Assembly (NCBI RefSeq): GCF_009914755.1
Contig: NC_060934.1
Source: the human T2T-CHM13v2.0 reference genome, Homo sapiens
Length of the DNA: 64,000 bases
Direction: 5' to 3' (one strand)
The notes beneath the pieces were generated by a model. That model ran no database searches, was not told the DNA's origin, and saw nothing but the letters and a program-made list of their open reading frames with translations. Position numbers and translations under genes: made by a program. Shown here piece by piece: positions 14,974 through 29,628 of this stretch; position 1 is the first letter of the stretch, and each line of letters opens with the position of its first letter.

Positions 14974-15385
<412 letters not shown>

Positions 15386-15546
15386 TTATCTACTATATTA
15401 TTCACTAGATGTATTTATATTTTGATAAAAAAGAAAGAGAAAAGTATTTGGAGGAAAGGAAGACGACAAGAGGAGTAGGCAAAGGCATAGAAAATGTGGC
15501 ACTTTGCTAAAATGGGTTTTTAATTCCTTAATTAACCAATACTTAC

Positions 15547-15648
15547 CCATTTTCTTCTGTGGTTTTATTCCTTTTCTCTTTTACCCTATCACCACTCTTC
15601 TTTTCTCTCTCTGTAATTTCGCCCTGATACACCTTGTCTCCAATAAGC
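15547..15648 (-). CDS. ITIH5: ITIH5 coding exon 4 (LIGDKVYQGEITEREKKSGDRVKEKRNKTTEENG), VIT domain
   Basis: tgtatttcag|G acceptor and GG|gtaagt donor; 102 nt, phase 2-2; completes the split ATG codon of exon 3. Confidence 0.96.
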
Positions 15649-16324
15649 CTGAAATACAAGAGACAGTTGTGCTACCAGCTTGCAGTTCCAAGACAAATTC
15701 AGACATGGATCTTATAACCATGACAACCCCAGGAAATATTTTTATTTGCCTTTTGGATGTGTAGAAAGAATGCATTCCAGACTAGGGCACTACCTTTGAA
15801 TCATTCATTTTATTCTAGGGCAATTTTCAACAGGTCCAAATAGCAAGACCCAACCCATGGTGCCTCTGTGATTCTCCAGGAGAAAAGTCACAAGATCTGC
15901 TCACACTACCATGAAGATTCACCAACTTACATCTGACCTGGGCCAAAAATTAAACCCAACACCTAGCCCGTTTTACATATCTTTACTTCTTGGCTCAGAG
16001 AAGGAGGAAAGATATCCAATCTAGTATATCAAAGGTTCTACACTGCCTTGTCTTTCAACCCTCAACTTCACCATGGAGGAGGAAGAGCCTCCTGAAAGCT
16101 CTTCCCAGATCTCCCTAACTGAAGAAGACCCTCTTGGTCTGACTTGCCATCTTTATCATATTTGCAACTGTCTGAAATTCATCTCATTTATTCTTTGTTC
16201 ATTTATCTATTGACTGGTTCTCCCTACTGGAATTTGTGCAGCACTGTGATGCTGTCTTTCTCAGAGAAGTGCACCAGTTTTCATGAAGAGTAACCTGGCC
16301 CATAAAGGTCATTCATTTGTTGAA

Positions 16325-16558
16325 GGGGAGGAAGGAAAGAAAGAAAGAGGAAAGAAAGAAAGGAAGAAAAAAATTGAATAAAAAAGAGAAAATAGAAGGA
16401 AGGGAGAGAGACGAGGAGGGAAGGAAAGAAAAGGAAGGAAGGAAGGGAGGGAGGGAGGGAGGGAGGCAGGGAAGGAGGGAGGGAGGGAGGGAGGGAGAGA
16501 GGGAGGGAAGGAGGGAGGGAAAAAGAGAAGAAGAAAAGGAATGAATGAATGAATGAAC
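16325..16558. repeat. GA-rich low-complexity tract with (GGGA)n and (TGAA)n
   Basis: Polypurine tract seen directly, adjoining an L2-like end. Confidence 0.9.
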
Positions 16559-16715
16559 CAACCAATAAATTTGAACAAAAGAATTGACCTTCTGATCTAT
16601 ATACCATCTACTGGAATATAAATCCTCACAGTCACAAGGCTGTGGACCTCACATCTCAGGCTCAACCTGACCACCCTAGGCAGAAATCTTCATCCCTGTC
16701 CAGCGTGTCACCTAC

Positions 16716-16879
16716 ATAGTGAAGTTGGTGATGAAAGCTGCAGCTGGAATCTGCATCTGGAACTCAATGTCCTGGTCTTCAGAAGCTCTGTTCAGCATTC
16801 TGCAGGAAACCGTAGTGAAGGCATAACGGGAAATGATGGTAGACTTCACTGAGAATTCTGTCATCAAAGGTTTGGTTTT
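16716..16879 (-). CDS. ITIH5: ITIH5 coding exon 3 (KTKPLMTEFSVKSTIISRYAFTTV...PAAAFITNFTM), VIT domain
   Basis: cattcctacag| acceptor and AT|gtaggt donor; 164 nt, phase 0-2; VIT motifs SRYAFT and AFITNF; lies within ORF 16712..16897. Confidence 0.97.
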
Positions 16880-17703
16880 CTGTAGGAATGAAAACACACA
16901 GTATCATCGGTGATGCATGAAAGCATTTTGGTGGTAGTGGAACATCTTTTTTTTTTTCCACAAGGGAAATAATCTTCAGTTTGGGAGCCTTTGGCATGTG
17001 ATTCCAATTTCCTTTCTTCTTCTTTTCCTGATTTCCCCATTTTTAACTCCCTTCCTTTGTAAAACAACCTTGGTTGTTTTGCATAAACAATTAATAACAC
17101 ACAAGCAAATCTTTTAACCTGACTTTAACAAGTGAACACAGTGAAGACGTCCAATTTGGCAGAAAATACACGTTCCTTAAACAGTTCAATCATCGGAATT
17201 TTAGAAGTAAAGTATGTGCTGTATATAATACTCTTCTGTTATCACTTTTATATCACATTTACAGGACTACCGAAATGTTCCAAAAACCGGAACATGACTA
17301 ACAAAAATCTCGTATTTTAAAATTACTTTCAATGTCCACTTAGAGAAACGATACACCAGAGCTTCCCTATCTGAATTACAGGCGCATTACTGTGAAATAG
17401 GAATCAATACTGAACTCAGCAGAGTATCTAGAGAATTTAGAACCCAGAAAAAGGAACACATAAGTCTGTGCTAATTAAATTTCTCCCAAAAGCCCCTGAT
17501 GAGAGCAGTAACTAGAAGATGCAAATGTAAAAGCCTGTTAAAACTCTTCAGGGCTTTTTCTAGTCCTTACAACAGAGCTACATCTGGTGACAGCTGGTAG
17601 CAGAGGCCTGAAGAAGGAAGAAAACATTTGTAAGGAAAGCCACAAGCCACTGCTAACAGAGTGGTTATCTAACTCCAGGAACTGGTCAAGCAATTAACAA
17701 GCA

Positions 17704-18115
17704 TGTTATGGGCTGTGTCCTCCTAGAATACACATGTTGAAGCCCTAACCTACTATGGGAGGTGGTGGGGTTGCGGGGAAGGCAGTATTTGGAGATGAGT
17801 GCCTTTGGGAGAAATTGATTTAGATGAGGTAATGAAGGTGGGGTCTCTATGATGGGATTAATGCCCTTAAGAGAGGAGACATAAGAGAGCTCTCTATCTC
17901 TCTCTCCATGTGTGTGCACCAAGAAAGACCATGTGGGCACACATTGAGAAGGCAGCTGTCTGCAAGCCAGGACAAGAGCCCTCATCAAAACCCAAACCCT
18001 GCAGAACCTGGGTCTTGGACTTCCAGCCTCTAGAACTGTGAGAAAATAAATGTATGCTGTTTAAGCCACATGGTCTATAGAATTTTGTTATGGAAGCCCG
18101 AGCAAGCTAAAACAA
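17704..18115 (+). mobile_element. MLT1 (MaLR) LTR
   Basis: tgttatgggctg...atgttgaagccctaacc...ggacttccagcctctagaactgtgagaaaataaat consensus. Confidence 0.85.
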
Positions 18116-18747
18116 GACATTACCCCATGACAGTCTTTGAAGACATACGCAGTAGGTGTTTTATTCCCATTTCATAGATGGAGGGAAGTCAAGCTTAGTG
18201 AGGGCACATATTGGTCCATGCCAGCAAGTAATGGATGTGGAACTTGAACCCGATCCCACTTACTTCAAAGTCTGAACTGGCCACTATTATGTGAGACTGT
18301 CTGGCTGCCCTCTGCAGACACGTCCTGCTCATAATTGTGTGCTCAACCCCCATGCTGGTCCTGGGCACACAAAGGCTCTCAAAACATGTTGAATGCAACT
18401 GGCTTACTCTGATAAGATTCTACTCTCTCCTTCAGGAACTGTCACCTAGCTGGGCAATGTTTATTTCAGCCCTCATCTGCTTTATTAATTTATTTACAGC
18501 CCTAGGCCTGTTTTCAAAACAGATATAAGGTTGCGACCTATTGCTATCAAAGACATATTCCTGCTGTGGCATACAAAGATCATCACAAACCTTGCTTCAA
18601 AAAAGTTACTACAGAGGGTTATTCTATTTAAACAAATACGCACTCAAAATGTTTGCGTGAAATCACGATCTGCATACAAACCACCAAAAGCTTGAGAGAC
18701 ATTTTCTATGATGTATTAGAGAGGTGGCTACAAATATCAAGTGCACC

Positions 18748-19036
18748 GGCTGGGCGCGGTGGCTCACACCTGTAGTCCCAGCACTTTGGGAGGCCAAGGT
18801 GGACAGATCACCTGAGTTCAGGAGTTCAAGACCAGTCTGGCCAACATGGTGAAACCCCGTCTTTACTAGAAATACAATTAACTGCGTGTGGTGGTGCATG
18901 ACTGTAGTCCTGGCTACTCAGGTGGCTGAGGCAGGAGAATTGCTTGAAGCAGGGAGGCAAATATTGCAGTGAGCCAAGATTGTGCCACTGCACTTCAGCC
19001 TGGGTGACAGAGCAAGACCCTGTCACAGAAAAAAAA
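18748..19036 (+). mobile_element. AluS
   Basis: Full Alu whose tail runs into a TA-rich satellite. Confidence 0.95.
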
Positions 19037-19787
19037 TATATATATATATGTACATATATGTGCGTGTGTATATATATCATATATATCATACATATCACAT
19101 ATATATCATACATATCACATATATATCACATATATCACATATATATCATATATATCACATATATATCACATATATCACATATATCATATATATCACATAT
19201 ATCATATATATCACATATATCATATATATCACATATAGATCATATATATCACATATAGATCATATATAATCACATATATATCATAATCACATATATATGA
19301 TATATATCACATATATATGATATATCACATATATATGATATATATCACATATATATGATATATCACATATATATGATATATATCACATATATATGATATA
19401 TCACATATATATGATATATATCACATATATCACATATATATCATACATATCACATATATCACATATATATCACATATATCACATATATATCATATATATC
19501 ACATATATATCATATATATCACATATCTATATCACATATATATCATATATATCACATATCTATATCACATATATATCATATATATCACATATATATCATA
19601 TATATCACATATATATCATATATATCATATATATCACATATATATCATATATATCACATATATATCACATATATATCACATATGTATCACATATATATCA
19701 CATATATATAACACATATATATATCACATATATATATATCACATATATATATCACATATATATATATCACATATATATATATATATC
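19037..19787. repeat. About 750-bp (TA)n/(atatatcac)n low-complexity satellite
   Basis: Seen directly. Confidence 0.97.
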
Positions 19788-20152
19788 AAGCACACCTGAG
19801 GATGGACTTGAACACCAAGACAGGGAGCTGCAATGGTTGGAGCCAAGCACATGAGGAAGGGGAGAGAATGGGCAAGCACTCCATGCAAAGGTGTCAGGGC
19901 CATTCATCTTTGTAGCAGACTGTGCAAGAACTTCCAGTCTTGGTAATTCAAAAAAGCCAGAGACAAATGGAACAGCTTAACGAAAACGTTAGGGGGATGT
20001 GCATCTTTCTTAGAGAGACAGAAGGGATAAACATTTACAGTTCATTTAAGTAATGATCAAGTTTAAAAAAAAAATCTGAGTATTGTTGAAAGAGTTTTGC
20101 CTAAAAGAGGAAAAGAAACCTTCCAGTTTAGTTTGAGAAGGAATTATTTCAA

Positions 20153-20330
20153 AGTAGCGCTTCTCAAAGTGTGGTCCTCGGACCAGCAGCATCACCATCA
20201 CCTGGAAACTTGCTAGAGATTCTCAGACTCCATCCAAATCCACAGAATCAGAAACTCAGAGGGTGGCCCAGCAAGCCGCAGTTTAACAAACCCTTCAGGT
20301 CATTCTAATGCCTGATCAAGCTTGAGAATG
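20153..20330. mobile_element. MER5A
   Basis: ttctcaaagtgtggtcctcggaccagcagcatc...gaatcagaaactc...ttgagaa consensus. Confidence 0.85.
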
Positions 20331-21302
20331 TCTCTTTTTACTAATTGAACTTTAAAATATATATTTCTTCATCTGCAAGTGAAAAGGGCTTGAATAAATC
20401 ACCAAAATTACATCCACATCTGTGATCCACAGATTTACGGCAAAGCTAAAACTGAGGAATAAAACCTTTGGGTTTAGGAAATTATGTCTGAATTGAGAAG
20501 CTGTATTATACAGTACCATTTAATGGAAACCTAGTCTCTTCAGGACAAAATCTGTCTCTCTCCTCCAAAGCGATTAGGATTAAAAAAGAGACTCCAACAT
20601 GTAGCTTCACCAAATGTTTCTGTTAAATGATCTCATTAAAAACATTTCATACATTTCAGTAAAGGCAATGAGGATTAGGCTGGGGATGATAATGATAATG
20701 ATCTTAACAGCATGACAACCTGTGGGGTTTTTTTTAAAGTTAAAATTTGTATCTCATTATCTTTCAAAAAAAGAACCCCAAGGTGAATAAGACCATGAAT
20801 TGAGAGGAAGTGTTTACTTTGATCTGTGTTATTTCTGGAACAGGTTTTCTTTCTAAATTATCCATGATTAAATATATTCTTTTATCTCCAAATCTAAACT
20901 GGTGTATAAGAAATGCCCCACGGCTGTGATCTTGTGAATTTGCGAAGCATCTACAATACCACTGCACCCAGCTCTGATTTCTACAGATGCATGGGAAAGT
21001 AAATAGGAATCAATGCTTTAAAAAAAATCCTACAAACTCAGTATATTCTAGCTTTATCATTCTCTGCTTTATTTAAAATTTAAACTGGTGTTTTAAAAAT
21101 TATCAAGTAACATATGCACATGGTAAAAACTTCTAATTATGCTGAATATAAAATGAAAATAGCAGTCTCCCTCCCACCCTGGATTCACAGTTCCATTTCC
21201 CAGAGACAATGTTTGACAACTTTTGTATATCCTTCCATAAATATATACTGTACTAATTTGCTTAATCTCACCTAGTGATATAGTTAGTTCATCTTTCTTT
21301 AT

Positions 21303-21843
21303 CTGTGTCTTAGCTATCTCATGCTGCTTAACAAATCACTCTAAAACTCAGTGGTTTAAAACAGCAGCAATCTTTATGTTTCCTCTCAGAGTTTCTGTGG
21401 GTCATGAATTCCAGAAGGGCTTGGCTGGGAGGTCTGGCTTCTCTACAAAGGGTGGCTGAAGCTGGAATTGTGAGTTGCTGAGGCAGCCAAGGCTGGCATC
21501 TCTCTATCTCATGTTGTCCCTCAATCCCCTCTATATAGTCCTTCCAAATGGGCAAGTGTAGATGAACTCACAGCATGGGCCACTACACATGAGTCAGCTG
21601 GTCACCTGGTAGCCATAGGCTTTACCGGTCACCTGGTAGCTTTCCCAACAGCAAGGTGGAAGCTAGATGCCCTGTCATGCCCTGACCTCAAAAATCACAA
21701 TGCATTACTTCTATCATACTCTACTGGTCAAAGCAGGCACAAAGGCACACTCAGTTTCAAAGGCAGAGGGCACAGACCCCCATCTCCATGGGAGGAATGG
21801 CACATTCAAGTGCTGCCATCTTTGGAAAATGCAATCTGCCACT
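21303..21843 (-). mobile_element. MLT1 (MaLR) LTR
   Basis: ctaaaactcagtggtttaaaacagc...gtttctgtgggtcatgaatt...ggaaaatgcaatctgccac consensus. Confidence 0.7.
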
Positions 21844-22017
21844 GAACAAAAAATATCAACCTCCTTCCTTTTTAAAAATAGCTGCATAGTATTACATTTT
21901 ATGGATGCATTAAATTTTAGTTAACCAGTTCTCCCATCATCCATCATCCATTTGTAATCATTTTTCATCATTTTTGGAAAGTCCTTTCAGATGTCCCTGC
22001 TCTCTCATTCATCTGTA

Positions 22018-22140
22018 GCAGGAGTAGGCAAGCTATGCCAGGCAAGCCACACTGTTTGTAAATAAAGTTTTATTGAAACACAGCCACATCCATTCATTTA
22101 CATACTGTCTATGGCTGCTTTTCTGCTACAATGGCAGGAA
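22018..22140. mobile_element. MER58 fragment
   Basis: gtttgtaaataaagttttattgaaacacagccac...tatggctgctttt consensus. Confidence 0.75.
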
Positions 22141-22776
22141 AAACATGGAGAATAATTCAGCTGAGCCCAGCTGCTCCTGCCAAGGAGCCCGGCTCATGCA
22201 GGAAGCTGCACTGCCCCCTCCAGAGCAGCCATCTGCCAACTGAACACCCCAGAGCAACCTCCAGCAACACCACAGGCCAGAAGAATCACCCAGCTGAGCT
22301 CTGTCCAAATCCTTCCCCACCAAATGATGGGATAAAATCGTTGTTGCTCTAAGCCACTGAATTTTGTGGAAAATTTTTGTGCAGCAATAGAAAACGTGAA
22401 CACCTTGTCTAGTCTCTGTAGACATTCGAGTTTGCAACCCCACTTCAGTGTGACTGCTGGTGAGTGAAATTTAGTTATTTTATTAGTTATTTCCAACTCT
22501 ATGTCATTTCTGATCTTTACACACTTTGTTATGTTTTGTAAACTAAACTTTCAGCATATTAAAAATATGCTTGAAATTTTTTTGGAAGAAGTTAAACTAT
22601 GAAGATAAACTGTAAAGAAAAAGAGCTTCTTAAATATAAACTCTTCACTTTTCCAGTCTAGGCCAAAGTCATTCACTGTGTGACTTTGCCAGATCACACA
22701 GGTAAAAGGTAGTCAACCCCAATGGCCATCCAAAGCCTCAATTTCCAATCCTGTCTCTTTCAAAAAAGAACACAGT

Positions 22777-23070
22777 GGCCGGGCACAGTGGCTCATGCCT
22801 GTAATCCCAGCACTTTAGGAGGCTGAAGCAGGTGGATCACGAAGTCAGGAGATCAAGACCATCCTGGCTAACACAGTGAAACCCTGTCTCTACTAAAAAA
22901 AAAAAAAATACAAAAAATTAGCCGGGCATGGTGGCGGGCACCAGCTACTCAGGAGGCTGAGGCAGGAGAATAGTGTGAACCTGGGAGGCAGAGCTTCCAG
23001 TGAGCGGAGATCACACCACTGCACTCCAGCCTGGGCGACTGAGCGAGACTCTGTCTCAAAAAAAAAAAAA
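22777..23070 (+). mobile_element. AluSc/Y-type
   Basis: gagatcaagaccatcctggctaacac; TSD aaagaacacag. Confidence 0.95.
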
Positions 23071-23969
23071 GAACACAGAGACACCCTGGCTAATTCAAGC
23101 CTTTTCGCAGTGATTATTGTTTGATAACCAATAAAATATAGAACTCCAAAGGTATAGTAAATATAATTCAGTCTTTGGTGCTAATTCAAAAGTTACTTGT
23201 GAACCTCAGTTATCATCCATTAAATTGTACACATTGAAGATAGAGGACATTAAACTGAATGTATTCTCTGAACTGTAGTCATATTCTGACACTTCAAAAA
23301 TTCTTCTTGTCAATTTATCATGTAATTCTTTTACATAAAAATAGAATACTAGTGAGGGGAGAGTATTAAGTTGACATCTTAGATAAGCAGAAGTTTACAG
23401 CTGTAGCTGCACACTGTTCCAAGTAAAATTTAGCTCCTTCTGCTAATAGTTCTTGCTCAGTAGTATTTTTAAAATAGATCAAAATCTTCTTCACTTAGTA
23501 TGCTTGAGAATATTTTTAATGTCATGGTGATTTGTTCTTATTTATGAGATAAGAAATAATTTCATTTAATTTAAAATGTGAAAACTAGAAGATACCTGAC
23601 AATATTAAGTTTATCACATTATCTTCTTATACCTTAAATTAAGTGTATAGATTTAGTAGAATTTTCCACAATATTACATCAAGAATATGAAGCTTAGTTT
23701 ATGGGCCCAAGAGACAGGCTGAAAAAAGGTTCAAGAAACTATTTTAGTTTTTGTGCTTCTGCCCAGCTACAATTCTCCCAGGAGCCCCTGCTCTTACTGA
23801 CATACCACAGCCTGGCCCTTCTCTTACAGTTTCCTTGGTGCAGAATCTACTAGATTCAATTAGGCACGAGTCTATCCCCCTCCCAGTTACCAACCCTTAC
23901 CCCTGCCCTGGTAGATTATGGGATTGTAAACACGAAGAACAGAAGCCATGACTACTACTTACTCCTGTT

Positions 23970-24150
23970 GTCCTTCTCCTTCCCCTTCCCCTTCCCTTCT
24001 CCCTTCTTTTCATTCTCCTTCTTCTCCTCTTTCTTCTTTCTTCTTCCTTCTTTCTTCTTCCTCCTTTCTTCTTTCTTCCCCCTTCTTCTTCTTATTCTTT
24101 CTTCTTCCTTCTTCTTCTTTCCCTTCCCCTCCTCCTCCTCCTTCTTCTTT
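23970..24150. repeat. CT-rich (TTC)n low-complexity tract
   Basis: Seen directly. Confidence 0.9.
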
Positions 24151-24309
24151 GCATTAGAAAGAGTTTCTATTTAGATCATGAGACATAATAGTGCTTAACA
24201 TGTTGTTCTTTTTTTACCTACAGCTCTCAAGATAGAGGAAAACTATATATATATATGAAATCTAATCTTTTATGTCTAAAGAGATAGGGGATATAGGAAT
24301 GGGTAAGTG

Positions 24310-24373
24310 GATAGATGGATAGATAGATAGATGGATAGATAGATAGGTAGGTAGATAGATAGATAGATAGATA
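24310..24373. repeat. (GATA)n compound tetranucleotide STR
   Basis: Seen directly. Confidence 0.92.
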
Positions 24374-25266
24374 CCTTGACTATAAGACCTTCCAGTGTTG
24401 AGAAGAAAGATAAATCAGTGAGGTCTGCAAAAGTAAGAAAATGTTTTAAAACAGATGTAGTATTTACATGTGGTGAAAGAGAACAGAAAGAACACTCTAA
24501 GAACACGGAAGACATGGAAATGGAAATGAATCACAGCACATTCCCAGATCAATGACTAGAAAAGAGAGCATGCTGTGAGAAGAATATTGGACAGGCAGGT
24601 AACACAGGAAACAGACAACCCTAAAGAACAAGCGAGGCCTTTGAAAGGCAGAGGCTCATGAAAATGTGTCATGAAAGGAAGGATATAAAACAGTGGCCTC
24701 ACTTTTTCCCAGTGCACGGTTCTTAAAAATCCAACATGCTTTCCATATTTCTATTTAAGTCATAACTTTGTTTTGGGATGTCCGCTGGAAAATAGTGGTA
24801 AAAAAAATCTTCCTGTGACATAAGATAATGTCTTCATTATTTTTTCCTACAAAGGCAACACAGATGGAAAAGTCATTTGAGGCAGGGAGTGTCTTAATTG
24901 CTCAAGGGACCCAAGCTTTGGGTATGACTCATGTGAGGCACTTAAAATCAAGCCACCCGAGGACGTCCTGAGTCACCCAAGATGCCATCTGGAAATGTGG
25001 TGGAGAAATGGTTGGGACGGCCTTTGCCAGCACTCAGGCCACAGTGCCTCTTCCTAGAAGATTAACCTTTCATTATTTTCTTTCAGTCTAACCAGTCTTT
25101 AGCAACCATGAGAAGTCATTATGGAGGTGGGAGAGAACTTTAGAAATCATCTAACTCTGCTCCCCTTTGTTTTAGAGAGAAGGCTGGAGCGTGGCAGTTG
25201 GCTGACTCCACGCACCAAATCTCTACTAACCCTTAATGCTTCTCCTTTCTGAGAAAAACAATACAG

Positions 25267-25564
<298 letters not shown>

Positions 25565-25879
25565 TACAGCCCATGTTGTTATTGAATGAAACAGGAGAAA
25601 AAGGCACTTCCCCAACTGCTAGATTTACCACCTCGGGGAAATCATTTTACCCCTCTGTAGACAGGAAATGGCATCGGTTCTGAATCACCTACTTGTGCTA
25701 ATACAGTCTACGTAGTGATGTTTCATTATATTTAGGGGAGAAGGAAAACAAAATGCCATTTTTATTTTTATACAAGAAAACCCTCCCCCTCCCCCGCCCC
25801 ATTCTATACACTTCCTGAACAGGATGCACACAATGGTCAGAGTTGGGCACAGGCACAGACACACATATGACTGGTCCTC

Positions 25880-26795
25880 AATGAGGTATGATGCCCAGAG
25901 TCATGCTACCTGCTGTATTGACTGTATTTTCTTGTTTTCTATATTCTTGATGCTCTGGCATTTGGGGCTTTGATCCTGGAAAGACCGTCCCTCCCAGGGC
26001 TGGCTTGTTCCTAGGAACAGCAGACAACCCTGCTGCAAGCATACCTTTGATATATAAACCGACCAATCCATAGCCACACATCCAACCATCTCCCATATCA
26101 AACTCATGCACCTCGGCTGGGCACGGTGGCTCACGCCTGTAATCCCAGCACTTTGGGAGGGCAGGGCAGGCGGATCACCTGAGGTCAGGAGTTTAAGACC
26201 AGCCTGGCCAACATGGCGAAACCCATCTTTACTAAAAATACGAAAATTAGCCGAGCGCGATGATGCATGCCTGTAATCCCAGGTACTCGGGAGGCCTCTA
26301 ATCCCAGGTGCTCGGGAGACTGAGGCGCAAGACTCACTTGAACCCAGGAAGTGGAGGTTGCAGTGAGCCGAGATCGCACCACTGGGCTCCAGCCTGGGCC
26401 ACAGAGTGAGACTCTGTCTCAAAATAATAATAATAATAATAACAATAATAATAAATAAAACTCATGCGCCAAGCCAATACTCCCCCTACCCTAAATCTCC
26501 CCAGGACCAGGTACCTGACAACTAGAGACCAACCCTACAGCCAATCCTAAACCTCCTCAGCCTACCTACTACCCTGCCTTGCCCATTCCTTCCCATGAAA
26601 ACCCCAATGCAGGCTCTGAGACACACACTGTCCTCTGCACCTTCTGCCCCTGACCCACCATGGTGCTTCCCCATGTGTCCTGGCATGGTATGCTGCTGCC
26701 CCTGCCTCCAGGGATCTGTGAGTATGAAATTCCTCCTTCATGTCAGTCATTTCTCTGTCTGTGTATCTTACCACACTCAATAGAAACAAACCCTG
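25880..26795 (+). mobile_element. Probable ERV LTR interrupted by an Alu
   Basis: LTR-like motifs (agccaatcctaaac, catgaaaaccccaat, ggatctgtgagta); family not resolved. Confidence 0.55.
26115..26460 (+). mobile_element. AluS with internal 25-bp duplication and (TAA)n tail
   Basis: taatcccaggtrctcgggag occurs twice; TSD aaactcatgc. Confidence 0.95.
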
Positions 26796-27992
26796 AGCAC
26801 AAACTGTAGAACACCTGCTGCAAAGCAGACACCAAGACAGACCCTGCAGTCAGGAGGTTAAATGATGGCAGCGAATCCTCTTGGGAAACCCAGGCCAGGA
26901 TCCATTCAGCACCATGGAAATTCACACACAAAGATCCCCCTGCTTTCCAAAGAGTAAATATTTTGTGTGTATGTATGCCAGGGAGCTTCATAAAAAGGGT
27001 ATCTAATTAATTCAGAATAAAATCAAACAAATTCCTGTGGTCCTGGCAGTGTTACGGGAGTACCAGCTGTTGCCATCCACATTCTATTCATTAATTCAAG
27101 CACGGAACATTCAGAGGATGACAACTGGAGGGAGATGGCAAGAATGCAGGCTAGAAGGAGACTCATAGGATGAACTGAGCTCCAGAGGCAAGCAGGAGGC
27201 GCATCACGCAGGGTTTCACACATCCTTGGAGCTTATCCCACGGGTGATGTGGAGTCACTGAAGACATGCACGCAAGAGAGTGATGCGCCAGGTCTACCAC
27301 TGGAAAAATCATTCTAGTACCAACTGGATGGTCAGTAAAGTTCATGTTAAAAATTTATGATAGTTGTAAAAGTAAGACTTTCAAAATTCTAAGAAATTTC
27401 TAAGAAAATCTAAGAGGTTATATAAATGGTCTAAGCTAAGGAGTCAAGAAAATCTTTGTACCCTTAGAGGCTACGTGTACAAAGCCTCTTTTTCCTTTCC
27501 TTTGAAAGGAAAACATAAACTACTTATTACTTAGGAACTGAGCACTTTTATGTGGCAAACATACCAGAAAGAAAGTTAATAAATGATAGATTCAGAGAGG
27601 CATTCTTCCAGTTTAGAAGACAGAAGGTATCTATCACATACAAAGGTCTCTGATAAATTGACAATGAGGTGGATAAAAAACACAATAGAAAGATGGGCAA
27701 AGGACCTGGAAAAAAAAAAGCAATTCACAGGAGAACGACTCTGAATGGCTAACAAATATAATTTAAAATGTCCAAATCCTTGTTATGGAGAATGGTTTGA
27801 GCAATAAAAGAAAAAAATTCCAAATTCGTACATAGGCAGGGAAATGCAAGTTAAAGGAACAATGAGATATCACTTCCTAAGTAAGAGATTGGCAAATTTA
27901 AAAGAGTAATTATATCAGTTGCTGGCAGAAATGTGTGTATTCATCATTGCTGATAGACATGGTATGAATACAGATAGTGTTAAGAGTAATAG

Positions 27993-28319
<327 letters not shown>

Positions 28320-28685
28320 AAAATTTAAAATGTATATGCAGTTTGAATTGTAAGTCGTAGAATTAAAAATACCCACATAAAAGAAGAAATGAAAGTGTTT
28401 TTTGAAGGATTGTGTACAGGGTGAAAAAATCTGGAAATAAATTGAGAGTTCATCAATAACAGAAAGTTTAGTAAATTATAATACATATAAATACAGATTT
28501 AAATACATATAACTGAGAGGCCCATTTGGTGTATTAGTTAAGAGCATGGACTCAGACACTGAACTGGACTCAAATCCTGGCTCTACCACCTCTTCCCAGC
28601 TGTGTCGTCTTGGGAAAGTTACTCTCTCTGAATTTGTTTTCTCATCTGTAAAATGCCTCAAATAATTGTTATAAGAGTAATTGAG

Positions 28686-28990
<305 letters not shown>

Positions 28991-29134
28991 TCACATGCAC
29001 CCATGGTTTTAGAGCAATGATCAGAGGTCTCCCATATGCAAATGTGCCTCGGGTTCCCCTGCTGCATTCTATTTTTCAGTGGCACTTGTCATCATCTCAA
29101 TTATCAGTATGCTTACAATTTACATGTATGTATG

Positions 29135-29628
29135 TATTGCTGGGAGGCTATTCTCCATGAATCTCTGGTGTTTCTGCACAATTTGCAAGCAGAGACTCTA
29201 GCTGCCTTTGCTGGGAATTACCTTTACAAACGTATAGTGAACAGCCTCAGAAGACAGGTTCCCCCTTCAGGGAAGAAGACAGTTTGGCTTAATGTGCAGA
29301 ATAATAAAGAAAATATCTCCCTCCAGGAGCAAAGACCAGGCAGGCTTAGTGCTCATTATTAAAGAGTCGCGTTCCCTAAGTTAAGGGCTCCTTTCACACA
29401 ATGCAAACCAACTGCATGGCAGGTGTCATCTGGCCATGTCTATCACCTTCTGGGAACCAGGGGAATGGCACACATGCTTTGACTACTGCTATTACTGTGA
29501 GTAATAAATCATCCTTTGTCTCTGACCCAGGAGTCTCCTGTTTTCTGCTAGTATCCATGAAATGGTAACAAACTAGCTTATTAGCTTGTAAGTAGCTTTA
29601 ATCTCAGCCCCTTCACAGTTCTTGACAT
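29135..29628 (+). mobile_element. Probable ERV LTR
   Basis: gtgagtaataaatcatcctttgtctctgacccaggagtctc poly(A)/R-U5 motif; ends cagttcttgaca. Confidence 0.6.

Noticed and set aside
18944-19854. His/Ile/Tyr-rich ORFs
   Set aside because: Artefacts of the TA-rich satellite.
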